Positions 11,921 to 24,875 are shown, counted from the whole stretch's first letter. The stretch: DNA of 62,969 nt, filler included, from Neolecta irregularis DAH-3 (GCA_001929475.1; 14 parts of 14 records of this genome joined end to end with filler, not necessarily neighbours in it), one strand, 5' to 3'. The notes: generated from the sequence alone by a model not told the origin. Program-made: numbers and translations.

Positions 11921-12516
11921 TCAGGTCAAAGAGGAAAATGGACAGGTGAGTGGGTTGACGGACTTAGAGTTGAATTTTGGTGTGGCAGTCAATATCCCGT
12001 CAGCGGTGTCACACATACTTGTTAGCAAATTTGTTCTATGAGTAATATTATCGCCATTATAAATACGTAATCCTAATAAATTTAGTGTTTCGCTTTCAGT
12101 CAGATCACAATTAGGGATTTGCACATACTAATATTTGTAGTGATGTAACCCCATTCTTTGCAGATGTCTTGGACCCAGGCAATCGATATCGAATTGTCCA
12201 GGCATCGATAGACACTACTAACATTTTCATGAGTAAGTTTAGTGCCATTGACATCAAATTTGTTGTAGTTGAAACCGTTTTGAAAGCACATATGATTATT
12301 GTAGAGACGGGTCGGCCCCAGGCTTGAAACGACAAACGTCCCATTTGTTACTGACGCTTTGATGGTGGGTTCGTTAGTTCCGGCCATGAGACATTGCTGG
12401 GAGTTTGTGATAAGAGGGAAAATCCCTCCTCCCAAGTTTTCGTAATGCCATGAGTGCATGTGACTGGCGGCATTGATTGCAAAAGCGAAGTTGACGAGGA
12501 TAGCGAGAAAGTTCAT
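11921..12516 (-). CDS. Small secreted Cys-containing protein, 2 exons
   Basis: Signal peptide MNFLAILVNFAFA; a GTATGT...TTAG intron joins ORF 12100-12516 to ORF 11921-12124 in frame. Confidence 0.7.
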
Positions 12517-13543
12517 TGAGACTGAATATTCTGGGTGGGCACCATAGTGCTTTTATATGTTTCTCCCGCTGGGAGCTACTTCAAATTTAGCCTGTGATAC
12601 TCCAGCGGACAGGCTTTATTGAAAGTTAAGTTACAAATATTTCAATATGTTAGACGTATGTTTTCGCTGATTACGAGAGGAAGAGGCATCAAGTATCTCT
12701 ATACGGATTTAAAGCAAATGAACAAATAATAAGGGGAAGTGATTGCAGGTAGGAACATAGCCTGTATCGGGTGTCATGTAATCAGCGGCTTCTAGAGACG
12801 GCTGTTTGGAAGGACACATAAAAAGATCATGTTACCGGATGGTCCAGTGGGATGATAATGTTATAAAACGCACTTCGGTTTATTTGCATCGAACACCGGC
12901 AGATGGTGTGCCCCCTCTAAATTTTCTACTGTGGTTTGAATCTATTGGATGTTAGCATCAGTAAAATATATTGAAATGTCGCTAGAATATAATGTTTAAG
13001 TATACACTACGAAAAAGGTTGCCAGTCAATACCAATCGAGTTGTCTATCAGCTCAAAAACTACGGGATTGAAATCAATGGAAATTTTGTGCAGGATAATA
13101 TTTTCCCATGTTCTTGCTGTTGGCATAGTAATGGGAAGAGTTTCATTGATGTTCGCGTTTTGAACAATGAAATTTTGCATAGTGTAATATCACTCATTTC
13201 ATTCTAAACTTTGTAGAGCTATTGAGCCTTAAATTCTATCTGCTTTATTCCTTCGATATTTCAACCTCTTTAACACATTGGATGTCCCAACAATATTTGG
13301 GGTCTAGAATCGTAATCTTACAATTTGTAGCCGTTGGACTTGTGCTAAAATCTCCTCGTTCAGGTGCATCTTTCATATTTTTGGAATTTCTGTATGTTAA
13401 CTGAATCTTCTGCTAATTCAATTTCTTTGCTTTTCGCTACTAGCAATTGTCGTTGGATGTGCCGTTCTGCCGCAACGCAACGCAACGTAGATCTGAGTTT
13501 GGTTGTTTAGCACGGAATCTGCGCCTGGAGCGGGCAATGGGCT

Positions 13544-13705
13544 CAGTGTTGGGGATGGACTGCGCCAGTGGCTTAGGCGAAGCGCCCATGGGCCTGAATT
13601 GACAATCGGCAGGCAGACAGCTTAGGTAACTGCCCTGGACACACTGCCTATTAATGCCCATGGGCGCTAGGCCCAAGCCACTGTCGCGGTCCATCCCCAA
13701 CACTG
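13544..13705. mobile_element. Complete 162-bp hAT MITE with 8-bp TSD
   Basis: ~50-bp imperfect TIR (CAGTGTTGGGGATGGAC...GTCCATCCCCAACACTG); AATGGGCT duplicated at 13536-13543 and 13706-13713. Confidence 0.95.
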
Positions 13706-14190
13706 AATGGGCTGCGTGCTGGTTGTGGTATAAGGCGTGTTTTATGCTGTTTCATTTTCCTGTCTACAAACTCTTTTGTGTCAGGGACGTGAGATAGCTG
13801 TTGGTGGGGAGGAATCCTATAGTTCCTGTAAAACTAGCTTATCTGAGGAGGTATTGGATGATTGCGGTAGTTTTGCAGCGACCAGTGCTGTTGTGGAAGA
13901 CAAGACAGTTTGGGAGGTTGGAGATGTAGCGGACCTGGTGTCTTGTGTTGCGGAGATTAGTGACGAGGAAGAGGTATTGCGTCGCAATGAACGGCCCTAT
14001 ACTTATAGTTGTCAAGTTCTCTTATAGGATGTCGAAAAAGATGTTGGATTTCCAAAGAAAGAACCCACGCTGAGTTGGAACAGCGACTGGGAAATAAATA
14101 ATTTAGATTGGGGACTCTTGTTAAATCCCAATGAAAAGAAGATCGTTGCAAGTGGGAACTGATTGAATTATGCAGTCGGGTCACCGTTAA

Positions 14191-14490
14191 CAGTGTTGGG
14201 GACGGGCCAAAGCCCAGCCCATGGACCGGGCCAGGCCGGGCCTAACATGTGACACCCGTTTTGGGTGGTGGCATACTGGGCAGTGATGGGCAGGGCAGGG
14301 ATATGTTAAAAAGCAAGTATAAGTTGCTATATTATGAATATAATCAGACTTGCTAATAAGTAAGTCATTCAAGTCAGACTTGCTTGCTTACTGGAAAATA
14401 AAATTAGCAAGTAAGCAAGTACAATAACGTAGACTTGCTTGTTTGGACTTGATAGACTTGACTGTTTAAGACTTTTAATGAGACATTGAA
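14191..14490 (+). mobile_element. CAGTGTTGG element end followed by CAGACTTGCT element end
   Basis: Termini at 14191 and 14345; second part matches 19851-20020. Confidence 0.7.
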
Positions 14491-15222
14491 TATTTTCTTA
14501 ANNNNNNNNNNNNNNNNNNNNNNNNNNNNNNNNNNNNNNNNNNNNTTAATTAATTAANNNNNNNNNNNNNNNNNNNNNNNNNNNNNNNNNNNNNNNNNNN
14601 NGGAGACCCTTCGGCGGGCAGGGGCGGGCGGATGGGCATTGTATATATGTTTGCTGAATTTTCACATTGGGCAGGCGTTTGACAGTTTCTGTAACGATAT
14701 ATCTGGCATATTGCGTGGATACATATTACAAATATAGTATGAGGCGTAGAATTAAGTAAGAGCAATTAGTATATAGACTATATAAGGGCAGGCCCAACAT
14801 CTCTTACCTAAGCGTAAAGGTCTACTAAGAAATATAACCGGATCATATTTGTACGCTACGATTCACTACTTACAGTTTCAAACAAAATGCTACATTAAAC
14901 ACTTTATCCTCTGTTACTTTTATTCAACCCGCCCAAGTCGCCCACCAGAGTGTTCCGGGGGGCAGGCGTAGAGATTTCCTACGATCTTGAAAGAGGGTGA
15001 CAATTATTCGACGTTGACTACTTTAAAAGAGTTTGCTGTTCCTTCCATCATTTATCCTAAAATGCAGGATGATAAGGTAACCAAGTGGGATAATTTTCTC
15101 ATTTCGAAAAAAGGGGACGTGCTATTTATAATGATTTCAATTGGCAAGCACTTCTACCTTATGCTATATAAATCCCTCTACGTTCGCACACTACGTCTCT
15201 CTACAACTTTCTCTCACGAATA

Positions 15223-15690
15223 ATGAAGTTGCTCGCTTTTTTTATTGGCTTTGTTTTTGCCGTATGTATACTCCATTGATAAAATAAACTTACCCAACAG
15301 ACAAATTACCAATATTTCAACTTGCAAGTATTCCCCGACAATACGCTTGATAACCTCATTGTCGATCATGATCACCACCTCACCATTTCAGATTTAGGGT
15401 ATGCAGACCAATTTTACTTTGATAAGAACAATTATCTCGCCATGGGCAACCGAGTGGCTAAAATCGACCCTACTACAAATGTAATTATGTTTGTCCCCGT
15501 GAATGATCCAGCAACACAAACCCGTGTATTTGGAAATTATTCACGTATTTTATCGTACGGCTCGGATCGGAATATTACCTTTGAAAGTTGCGAAACTGGC
15601 CATCAAATATTTCAACTTGCATCCCAGCATGATAATCCCGGCTGTGAAAAGTGGAATATTCAAATTTTGGATGTTCCAATAGCCAACTAG
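15223..15690 (+). CDS. Small secreted protein (paralog of 17504-17982), 2 exons
   Basis: Exon 1 MKLLAFFIGFVFA, intron 15262-15300 (GT-AG), exon 2 in frame; 2 conserved Cys. Confidence 0.85.
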
Positions 15691-15891
15691 GTTTTTCAGA
15701 TGTGTAGAATTTAGGCTTATAAAGTAGGAAACGATAATTGGGTTTTGCCTTTTAAATGATGAAGATTGGTTCAGGTAGCTTTAGCTTTTTGACTAGTTTA
15801 ACGATCAATATGATGTTCACTTTTTTTAACAGCAAGTTTTCAATTTTACTTGATGCATATTGTCCTTCATCAAAGAAAAAGATATTTAAAT

Positions 15892-16670
15892 CAGTGTGTC
15901 CAACAGCACTCCCGCCGGCGGCCGACCGACGGGTGGGCGGACAGGTTTCTAAGTCAAACCGCCTTCCCCAAGAGACCTAAACCACCCACCTGGAGAGTGC
16001 TCTGGCAGGCTGTTGGGGGGCTAGGCGGTTGGGCAGTTTGGCACTTGGGCAGGTTTGATAAAAGGAAGAAAGTGATAAAATGTAGAGTATGGAATCTTGT
16101 TTCAATTGTTTCACATCAAAGAAAAATTGCGCTAGTCTGCCGAACTTGAAAATTCTGCCAACCTATCTCTCAATGGAGTGCTTTTTCACTCCAGTAGAGC
16201 AGCAGCCTTCATTTCCACCAACACTATCTTCATTACCAACCTCAGAATATTTACCAGCTTCAATCAACTCACAGGAAAGCAGCACACCATCACCAAATAT
16301 TCAAAGAATTTGAACATGACCAAACTACAAGCCATATCCCTTTCCCTATTCAATGAAATATAATCTACCATTCTGCAATTTGTGGAATCTTCATGATTTT
16401 CGTACCATTGGAAAGCCCTCATCAAGGTGCATTTGCTCCTGATAATCCATTTTCTAGTTTCGCCTTTAAATTCCGATCCATAAGCGATAGTTTCGTTTGA
16501 ATCTGTTGGTTGGTTGTATAACTGTGGACAGTGTGTCCACCCGTCTGCAGGAAAAATCTGAGCCGGCCGACGGCGGGTGGGTGGATGGACTTCTATGTCT
16601 CCCGCCTTCACCAAGAGATCCAAGCCAGCCCCATCTGGAGAGTGCTCTGGCAGGCTGTTAGGTTGTATGG
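15892..16670 (+). mobile_element. Two CAGTGTGTCCA-family element ends with degenerate internal sequence
   Basis: Termini at 15892 and 16529; internal segment 16050-16260 repeated at 45590-45810. Confidence 0.65.
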
Positions 16671-16856
16671 ATGTGATACTTCTTCAAAGGACCCCTTTGA
16701 CTTTCTTGTATTGAATTTGTTGACAGACCATTAGTTTCGCCTTTAAATTTTGATCCCGATAGTACTTGCGTCGTTTGAATACGTTGGTTGGTCGTTCAAC
16801 TGTGAATTGATTGCAATTTGTTAAAGTTATGCTTGCAAGATTTGTCACCGATCACT

Positions 16857-17030
16857 TGAAAGCTGTGCGCTTAGAAGTATGATAAGACCAGGTGTTATAA
16901 TTAGCCTAAGTATTCGTACTTCATACAAAGGGACATACCTAGCCTAAGTATTCGTACTTGGCTAGGAATATCTAACTTTCGCCTTTATATACTTCCCGTC
17001 AAGCCACTTTGCCGTATTGGTAAGATTACA
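16857..17030 (+). mobile_element. Solo short LTR
   Basis: TG...ttagaagtatgataagacc...agcctaagt x2...ttggtaagattaCA; no clean TSD. Confidence 0.7.
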
Positions 17031-17503
17031 GATTTAAATTCTGAGTTGTGATAATTCCATCGCATAACCATGAAAGAATTTGTTCATTTGTATTTACAGT
17101 ATCTATCTTAATCGTTAAAGTGTAAGATAAAATTGTCTTTGCTAAAATTGAGTAATCAGTGCAAATATGTGCACCCTAAAGTATGCCATTATATGAAATT
17201 TCCGACTTACGAGCAGTGGTTTGGTCGAATTTTAGGGAGAATGCTAAAACGAGAAAGCGAATTTGCCATCTCGTAACCAAAGCATTGGGTTGCCTTTATT
17301 GTTCCATTATTATCCTAAACGCAGGGTAATTAGGTTATCAAATAGCAAAACCTATTTCGAAGGAAGAATGGAAAGTGTTATATAGGCTAATTTCAGTTTG
17401 TAAACACTGTTTTCGCCATTTTTCTTTCCTAATGCCTGCTTCCACTGCTATATAAGTTGTCCATCTTCCTTCTCTACATTTATATAACTTTTTCTCACGC
17501 ATA

Positions 17504-17982
17504 ATGAAGTTACTCGCTCTTTTCATTGGCTTTGCTTTTGCTGTATACCACATTGATGAAATCAACTTACACAAAAGACAGACCATCGCCATTATTTCTA
17601 CTTGAGAATACTACCTGACAATAATCTTGATAATCTCGTTGTCGATAAAGATTATCACCTCTCCATTTCAGCTACAGCCCGCGGAGATAAATTCTACTTT
17701 GATAGGAATAACTATTTGGCCCAGGGTGATAGACTGGCCGGGATCGATTTTGCGACACAACAGATTAACTTTGTCCTACCGTCGCACAGTCATTCTAAAA
17801 GGCATAATCATACCGGAATACATCTTGTTAAATTTGGAAATCTTCGCGATGTGCTAACTTACGGGCCGGACAATGATATTTTCTTTGCTAGTTGCAATAA
17901 TGGCCATCAAATATTTCAAACTTCAGCCGAAAAGGCTCCAGATGACTGTGACCCATGGAAAATTCGAATTTTGAATATTTAA
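17504..17982 (+). CDS. Small secreted protein (paralog of 15223-15690), 2 exons
   Basis: Exon 1 MKLLALFIGFAFA, 35-nt intron 17543-17577, exon 2 with PDNNLDNL, FYFDRNNYLA and SCNNGHQIFQ motifs. Confidence 0.85.
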
Positions 17983-18710
17983 GATTCTTTTCTATGTGCT
18001 TAGAAAGTCACAAGGGTTTCAGACGAAGTGGATTTGTTGAGGTTTACGAAATGACAGGTCTGGACTCGTTCACTTCGCTTTAGCTTGATTATTTAAAGAT
18101 ATATATTATTCTCAGTTTCTTAACAAAAGAGAGTTCAATTTTTAGACACATATTATTGAAAATCTTGATTAAGAAGAGATATTTAGATGCTGGTTGGTGA
18201 TTCTAGTCTAAACAATTTCTCGATTCACACTAGCTGTATCAAATTTTTTCTTGCACATTAACACAGATCAAGACTGAGTTTTCTGGAAAGGCGACGGGAA
18301 ATTAGTTCAGTTACCTGTACATGAATCATACTGCTATTTAAAATCCGAATACTCACTTGCTCACGATGAAATTCCTCATTTCTTTCATCGACTTTTCGAT
18401 GGCGTTACGCCTATTCAAGGTTAATCATATCGGTGGTATCTTGGTATCAGCACAAAGCTAGTGGTTTATGACTGCGGAAGGTGCATGAATTGAAACTTTG
18501 AGAGAAATAGCAAAAGGTAGGTGTCTCGGTAAAGCTCGATCAGATCTAGAGATCAATCGCAGACACTTGATATCATCAATTAGAAATGACGGAAAGGTAA
18601 CTAAAAGAGAAATCATTAACACTGCTCACGCATTGGCATACCATGTAGATTCTAAATCCTCGAATTAGAGCAGTCAAAAACGCCAATTTATAATTTCGAA
18701 GCAACCGGTG

Positions 18711-19701
18711 TCAAGAAGACACATCCTTTGCTCGTTCCCTCTTAACTCGTCGTCCTTCAAGTCCGGTAATAACACCAGCAGTTATACTTACTCCACAAGC
18801 TAAGCCTACGAAAATCCCAACAGCAGCTCCCGGTCGATTGTATCGGTTGTAACCCCACATAAATCCAGCCATCACTATAGCGTCAGCATCATTTTCAAAA
18901 AGAAGGTAATATGCATATTTGAAATGCCGAATTGGCCATGTATAACAGTACAACAGCATGTAATTTCCATCTTTTAGTAGCAGGGATCTCGGATGGATCC
19001 TCTACAATATACCAATCCTGATTCCGATGTTCCAGTTTCACGCGTTCCGCATATAGTTGGTAGAGATCCCGTAGTCGCCACGGAAGTAGTCCAATACCCA
19101 TGAGACAAAACAACGCATTGAGAACCTGTGAATCTATTTCTATCCAGATTTTTCTAAGTGACCGATCATCATTTGGACCGTAAGGTTGGGAATAGCTGGG
19201 AACCGCATTAACCTGCGATATCAATTAGTACGTGGAACAGTAAGGTGCCGCAATATACCAGCAGAAGAAACAACATTCCTCCCCAGGCAATTATACTGAG
19301 CATGTACACGACAATCAGAATTCCTTTCCATGTGATGAGCCATTGTAAAAGACGACGTGGAGCAGTTGCGACAATGATAAGGGACATATCAGTTATTGCT
19401 GTTTGCGGGCCACTGAATCCATCAGATGGTCTCTCTATTCCTATAGAGGGAGGGTGATGATGTCTCTTCATGGTGGTTCAAAAGGAGATTCCGCAAAGTA
19501 GTATTGATGCGAAGGGATCGGTTCTTCTTTCTTGTCTGTTTTCCCAAGTGGTGGTGAAGCACGCTTGGGAAGAATGGACGTAATGCGTTGAAGTTGACTT
19601 TTGCTATTTGTTTATCGTTGTAAGACCTTTTAATGCAGAGCAAACCTGTATGGTGTATCCTTGTTTGATGAAATCTCAAACTCGTTGTCATTGACGAACA
19701 T
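18711..19701 (-). CDS. DUF2985-like integral membrane protein, multi-exon
   Basis: WIEIDSQVLNALFCLMGIGLLPWRLRDLY and MWGYNRYNRP motifs; start codon approximate. Confidence 0.8.
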
Positions 19702-19850
19702 ATCTTATACAATTTCGTCTTTAACTCAAACTTCTTAAGACTGCCCTAGTTAGGTATTAGGTAGATACTTTTGATGGTGTCGCGCTTTATGACATAGACC
19801 CATCTATATGTTGTCACATGGAAGATACAATAAATTCTGTCTATCATACC

Positions 19851-20111
19851 CAGACTTGCTAATAAGTAAAACTTTCAAGTAGAGTTTGCTTGCTTACTTG
19901 TTTACAAAGCAAGTAAGCAAGCAAGTATGGCGGACAAAAATTAGCAAGTAAGCAAGTCCAAAATTTAGGCTTGCTTGTTTGGACTTGATAGACTTGACTG
20001 TTTAGAACTTTTAATGAGACATTTTGTAAGTATTGAAGCCCAGATACGAATAAGACTAGGTTATATTGTTCTAGCCTAAGTATTGGACTTGCTTACTTGT
20101 TAGCAAGTCTG
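19851..20111. mobile_element. CAGACTTGCTA...TAGCAAGTCTG MITE with nested LTR fragment
   Basis: Inverted termini, CAAGT arrays; tgtaagtattgaagccc LTR start at ~20025. Confidence 0.75.
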
Positions 20112-20313
20112 ATTACTAGTGACTTCACCCAGTACTTTAGGAATTGGTAACGGGAAATTTATTTAGATGCTATAAACTACCAACTAAGTGTCGATATAAA
20201 GTACCCTTATGCCTTAACAGTCGCTATGCCATATATTCTTCTTTTGTTTCAACGCCAACAGAAATCTACCATACATCTTAGTAAAATATTGACTGAACAT
20301 GTACTTGAACCAA

Positions 20314-21414
20314 TCACCGCTTATTTTTCATATTTTCTAGAAAAGACCTCATACTTTCGAATGTCCAAAGAGTACATATTGTAGCCGGGACTGTCCTCAC
20401 CAGATTAACAGTTAGTCCGCTATACAACCCTCTCCAACCTTCCTCAGCAACTACACATTTTGCACAATGAATGATACCAGAATACTTTTTGCTACTTTGA
20501 AGGCGAGTACGGATTACCTCGTGGGGATAGGTTATGCAACTTGCAGTAATTTTCGATACCGTTGAGGAAAAAAGAATTGCAGGCGTTGTTGTTCCGAACT
20601 TGAACTTCAATGATTCATAGAGGGGAAACTGCACAGCTACATGCGAGACTCCGAGGAGAGAAGGGCCGAGACCTAAATAGAACGAAAAAATGCTGGACTT
20701 AGTTTGTCTTGGAGTAACGCCTGTATACCCTTCCTTGCGATACATTTGATGAAATGCATTAAGTGTTGACGTATATCTGTACTGAGATGTAGTATTTTGA
20801 GTCTGGAGAATCAGAGTGATATCTTTATTAGGCGCCAGACCATCAAGCGCGTTTTTACTACCCATATTGGATTTGTAACAGTGGTTGACGTAACACCGCC
20901 AATAAGTGCAGATAATATATGCGATGCATGAGGGTGTGAAGGTAGTTCATCTGTCCAATCAGCATGTGTCACAAAGCTTAGTCGCATAAAACATGGCGTG
21001 GCAAGATGCAAAATATTTCAATGGCAATTGAGAACATTTAAGTGATTTTCAGCCTCAACCTTTCCATCAAGTTCTGCCGTAGATTTAAAGCCTCGAAGAA
21101 ATTTTACCTCGTAACCTGCATTTCGCTCGTTCGTACACAGTGAAGTAGACTGCCCAGGTGGGTAGATAACCCACCATCATGGGTCCCAGCCCACGATAAA
21201 GACCTCTGATGCCCTCCTCATGCCATATCCTCCTTAAGCTCCCATCCAGGCTTTTATATAACTCTGGTGATGCGAGGGTTAATCCGCGCTGCGCTTGCAT
21301 CCGTGTTTTTACCACATCGAGAGGCGTAATCAGAATACTGCTTGCGAACCCAGCAATTGCCCCACTGATTGCGTTTATGGATACTTCATGCAGATCGGTG
21401 AGGACAGAAGACAT
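20314..21414 (-). CDS. Mitochondrial carrier, NAD+ transporter (YIA6/NDT1-like), 4 exons
   Basis: Three carrier signatures PLDVVKTRMQ, PIWVVKTRLM and PHEVIRTRLQ; GYLPTWAVYFTVYE; start uncertain. Confidence 0.9.
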
Positions 21415-21834
21415 CGGATCGTTTACGTCTCGCAAAGGACATGTGGGGGGGTGGAGAACGTGGAAGGGTGGAAGTCTTCCGAACAGACATCACGTGCATT
21501 GTCGTTCTCTTGCATTCACGGTTCCGCTTCCTCGGACTTGTGTTGCGACGTGTCGATAGCGCATAATAGAGAACTGATATTCTCGCACCATATAGCTGTT
21601 TGTATTATTCGGATTATATTTGGAAATAAGTTAAAACCCAACGTTTCTGGGAAATATAAAGGGTCCAGAGTGCTTATACCTATGAGCGTTGGGTGTCCGA
21701 ACTTGCCGTTCAGGAGGCTTCACAGGGAATATACGATCGCAATTGAAAGAAATGGCCAGATAGAAATCATTATATGTTAGCAACTTTGGTTATTTGGTGA
21801 ATATTGTATTGCACCTATCCTAATTGTCATAAAA

Positions 21835-22053
21835 AACGATTTGACCTGCCCGCCCACCGGAGGGTCTCCGGCGGGGTCGGGCGGGCGGGTGGACACACTG
21901 TAAATAGATATATCTAGCAAGTCCAGACAAGAAAGTCCAGAATTGCAAGTAAAATAGCAAGTAAGTCCAAGCAAGCAAGTCCAAAGGACTGAAATATGCA
22001 AGCAAGCAAGTCCAAAGCCCAGAATTGGACTTGCTTACTTGTTAGCAAGTCTG
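21835..22053 (-). mobile_element. Composite CAGACTTGCT + CAGTGTGTCCA element end
   Basis: Same nested arrangement at 58616-58796 and 61872-62075. Confidence 0.75.
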
Positions 22054-22826
22054 CTCATGACCCTGAGTTGAGAGCTAAAGAGGGCGATGTGATGTTGGGA
22101 AGAACAATCAGAATAGCTGCTGGTATTTGAGAGACTGCATGTCCAGCTGTAAGCCTATCGGAAGGGGAACAGATTCGGACGGAGAATCCAGTGGTTTACT
22201 TCATCCGAATTTTGACACTAGTAGTACATGCACCAATCGTTAACTCGCACTAATTCAGAGCACCTCTGTCATCAATTTAAGAACTTCACACAAAAGTCTC
22301 ATAAAAGACTCGTGGTCGTGAAGGAATAATTTCTTTTACAAAACGTGTCCGCCAAACTTAGGCTCGTGATCATCAATTGGAGTTCATTATTCGATGCAAA
22401 AGTACGTAATAGACCCCCAGAAGATGATTTGAGTGTGTGAAAGCACTCTCGGTTATTACATTCACATCTTAAATTAAACAGATTTCGAGCCCGGATCAGT
22501 CACTTCTCGTGGAGTTTCGCTGATTGATCTACAATTCGAGAAGCTCTAAGATCAGAACCCAAATCTTTCATGGAATCTAACTTTCCTTCCAAGCGGGAGT
22601 GACAGGGAAATAATGGAGTCCGTCAATATTACGATCTGCAGATAGGCCCTTCACGTGACTCTACAAGACATTTAACCCTTCTAACTTTCCCTCGCTCTGA
22701 CAAAAAGCTAACCAACCTTACCTGAGAAACAGATGTATACTGCAAATACAAATGATTACTATAGAAACCCTCTTTATATTATCGACTGATTTCTGGTTCA
22801 AAGAATTTCCGAAACTCCGAAACTCC

Positions 22827-22992
22827 CACTAAAATCTGGCATTGGGATATGACTGCTTGAACCGTTCCAAAGCCAAGGCCCATCAACGAAATGCACATGC
22901 AAATGAGTACTATAAAAACACACTAAAATCTGGCGTTGGGAATAGCGAGAAATATGACTGCTTGAAGCGTACCAAAGCCAAGGCCCATCAAC
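22827..22992 (+). repeat. Two-copy ~60-70 bp direct repeat
   Basis: cactaaaatctggc...atatgactgcttgaa...ccaaagccaaggcccatcaac occurs twice. Confidence 0.75.
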
Positions 22993-23858
22993 AAAACTTT
23001 CCAAAACCGTCGTCGCTGCAGTTTGATTAGAGACGAGCGTTTATAGATTTAATAGATTGTTGATTGGTTATGGCGTCAGCTTGTGGCATCCTCAGGCTCT
23101 AGGTCTGACCCTGTCCCGGTAGAAGCTCACCAGCCTTTCTGGAAGAAGAGATAAATAATTAATAGAAAAATAAGTAGTAAATAAAAGAAATAGCATCGTC
23201 TATACCCTGGATCCGGCCAAGAAGTTATGAAAGTGGCGGGGAATGTAAGTTGAGGAGCTTTGGGTTGAAATTTGGGTTGGATGCCAATTTCTCGCCGGCG
23301 GTGCCACACTGCAACCTAATAGTATTAGGTACTTCTGTTAAAAAGTAACGCCCGACTATTCGGCTACGACTCTAAGTCAGTACCAAGGCAATAATACAAT
23401 CACCGACCCTTTGAAAACAATTCTACCCCTCGATAAAGGTTGCGAATTTCTCCCGCATGCGTCAAGCCTTACAGTTCCGCATTGAAATATTCTACAACCC
23501 CCGATCTACTTCGTTTCCTCTTTTGACAGCTGAAACATCTATCATCCGATTTTTTCAGTCCGGGTTCCCCTGATGCGGAACTCAAAAGTACCTAACGCAT
23601 CGAATTGATTAAGGGGTCTCAGTCAACTCCGATAACGAGACACACTCTTGTAGACTTTTCATTTCTACATTACTGCTTCCAGTCTTTTACTAGAATATTT
23701 CCTGATCCAGGCACAATCATGCTCAGGCACTTCTCAATCCACTCCGGCAGCGAGACAAATGTTCTCCGTCCAAGTAAGCCACTGATTTCTGCCGTTACTT
23801 TATAAACCTTCCTTCCGTTCTCATTTCTATTCATCAAATCAAACATTAACATAACAAA

Positions 23859-24875
23859 ATGCAACTCACATATCTGTTCATCGCTTTCATAGCCGCAGCA
23901 ACTGGGAATCCCGGATCCCCGACACTCGATTCAATTCTCGAGAAAAAAGGCGGTGATCCATGTACCGGTGCACAAAAGGATATTTTCTGGGGAAAATTAG
24001 TTGGGGCGTTAGCAGGAAAAAACTCCACCGAAATCGGAGAATTCGGTGGAATAACGGGATTTTACCCTTCAACTGCACAGGACGAGAACTCATGTCTCTC
24101 TCCTGCCAAGGCCTATATATCAACATTTACGAGCTCGCAGGCGGATTCCTGCATTCAAAATTTCGATAAGATCGTTGGAGAGTTCCGTCAGTCTGGCTCC
24201 GACTCTGGCTCCCACTCTGGTTCCGATTCTGGCTCTGGTTCCCACTCTGGTTCCGACGGCTCCCACTCTGGCTCCGACGGCTCCAACTCTGGCTCTGACG
24301 GTTCCCACTCTGGTTCCGACGGTTCCCACTCAGGTTCCGACGGTTCCCACTCTGGTTCCGACGGTTCCCACTCAGGTTCCGACGGCTCCCACTCTGGCTC
24401 CGACGGCTCCCACTCTGGTTCCGACGGTTCCCACTCTGGTTCCGACGGTTCCCACTCTGGTTCCGACGGTTCCCACTCAGGTTCCGACGGCTCCCACTCT
24501 GGTTCCGACGGTTCCCACTCTGGCTCCGACGGCTCCAACTCTGGCTCTGACGGTTCCCACTCTGGTTCCGACGGTTCCCACTCTGGTTCCGACGGCCCCC
24601 ACTCTGGCTCTGGTTCCGACTCTGGTTCCGACTCCCAATCTAGCTCCGACTCCCATTCTGGCTCCCATCTTAGCACTCATGTTAGCACCCACATTGGCAG
24701 CCCTTCTACTTCGCCGCACACTAATAGCCCAACTTCCTCGAGCACTATAGTTACTCCTTCTCCCAATCCCCGCACCCTCATCATCCCCATTTCTACCTCC
24801 ACTGTTTCACATTCTTCACTTGTCCCTTCTATTGCTATCCCAACGCCTACTTTCCCGATTATTGGTCTAAAATAA
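23859..24875 (+). CDS. Secreted protein with 17 SHSGSDG repeats and Ser/Thr/Pro tail
   Basis: 338-aa ORF, signal peptide [16 protein letters not shown]; 21-bp units vary mainly at third codon positions in this frame; TATA at ~23801. Confidence 0.85.
   Translation: MQLTYLFIAFIAAATGNPGSPTLDSILEKKGGDPCTGAQKDIFWGKLVGALAGKNSTEIGEFGGITGFYPSTAQDENSCLSPAKAYISTFTSSQADSCIQNFDKIVGEFRQSGSDSGSHSGSDSGSGSHSGSDGSHSGSDGSNSGSDGSHSGSDGSHSGSDGSHSGSDGSHSGSDGSHSGSDGSHSGSDGSHSGSDGSHSGSDGSHSGSDGSHSGSDGSHSGSDGSNSGSDGSHSGSDGSHSGSDGPHSGSGSDSGSDSQSSSDSHSGSHLSTHVSTHIGSPSTSPHTNSPTSSSTIVTPSPNPRTLIIPISTSTVSHSSLVPSIAIPTPTFPIIGLK

Noticed and set aside
24240-24597. Repeat protein as a dikaritin/KEP RiPP precursor or CRISPR-like array
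   Set aside because: No Kex2 dibasic sites in the repeats, no DUF3328 gene nearby, no unique spacers
24175-24750. Alternative-frame repeat ORFs (WEPSEPE, VPTLVPT)
   Set aside because: Shadows of the 21-bp repeat; variation is silent in the SHSGSDG frame
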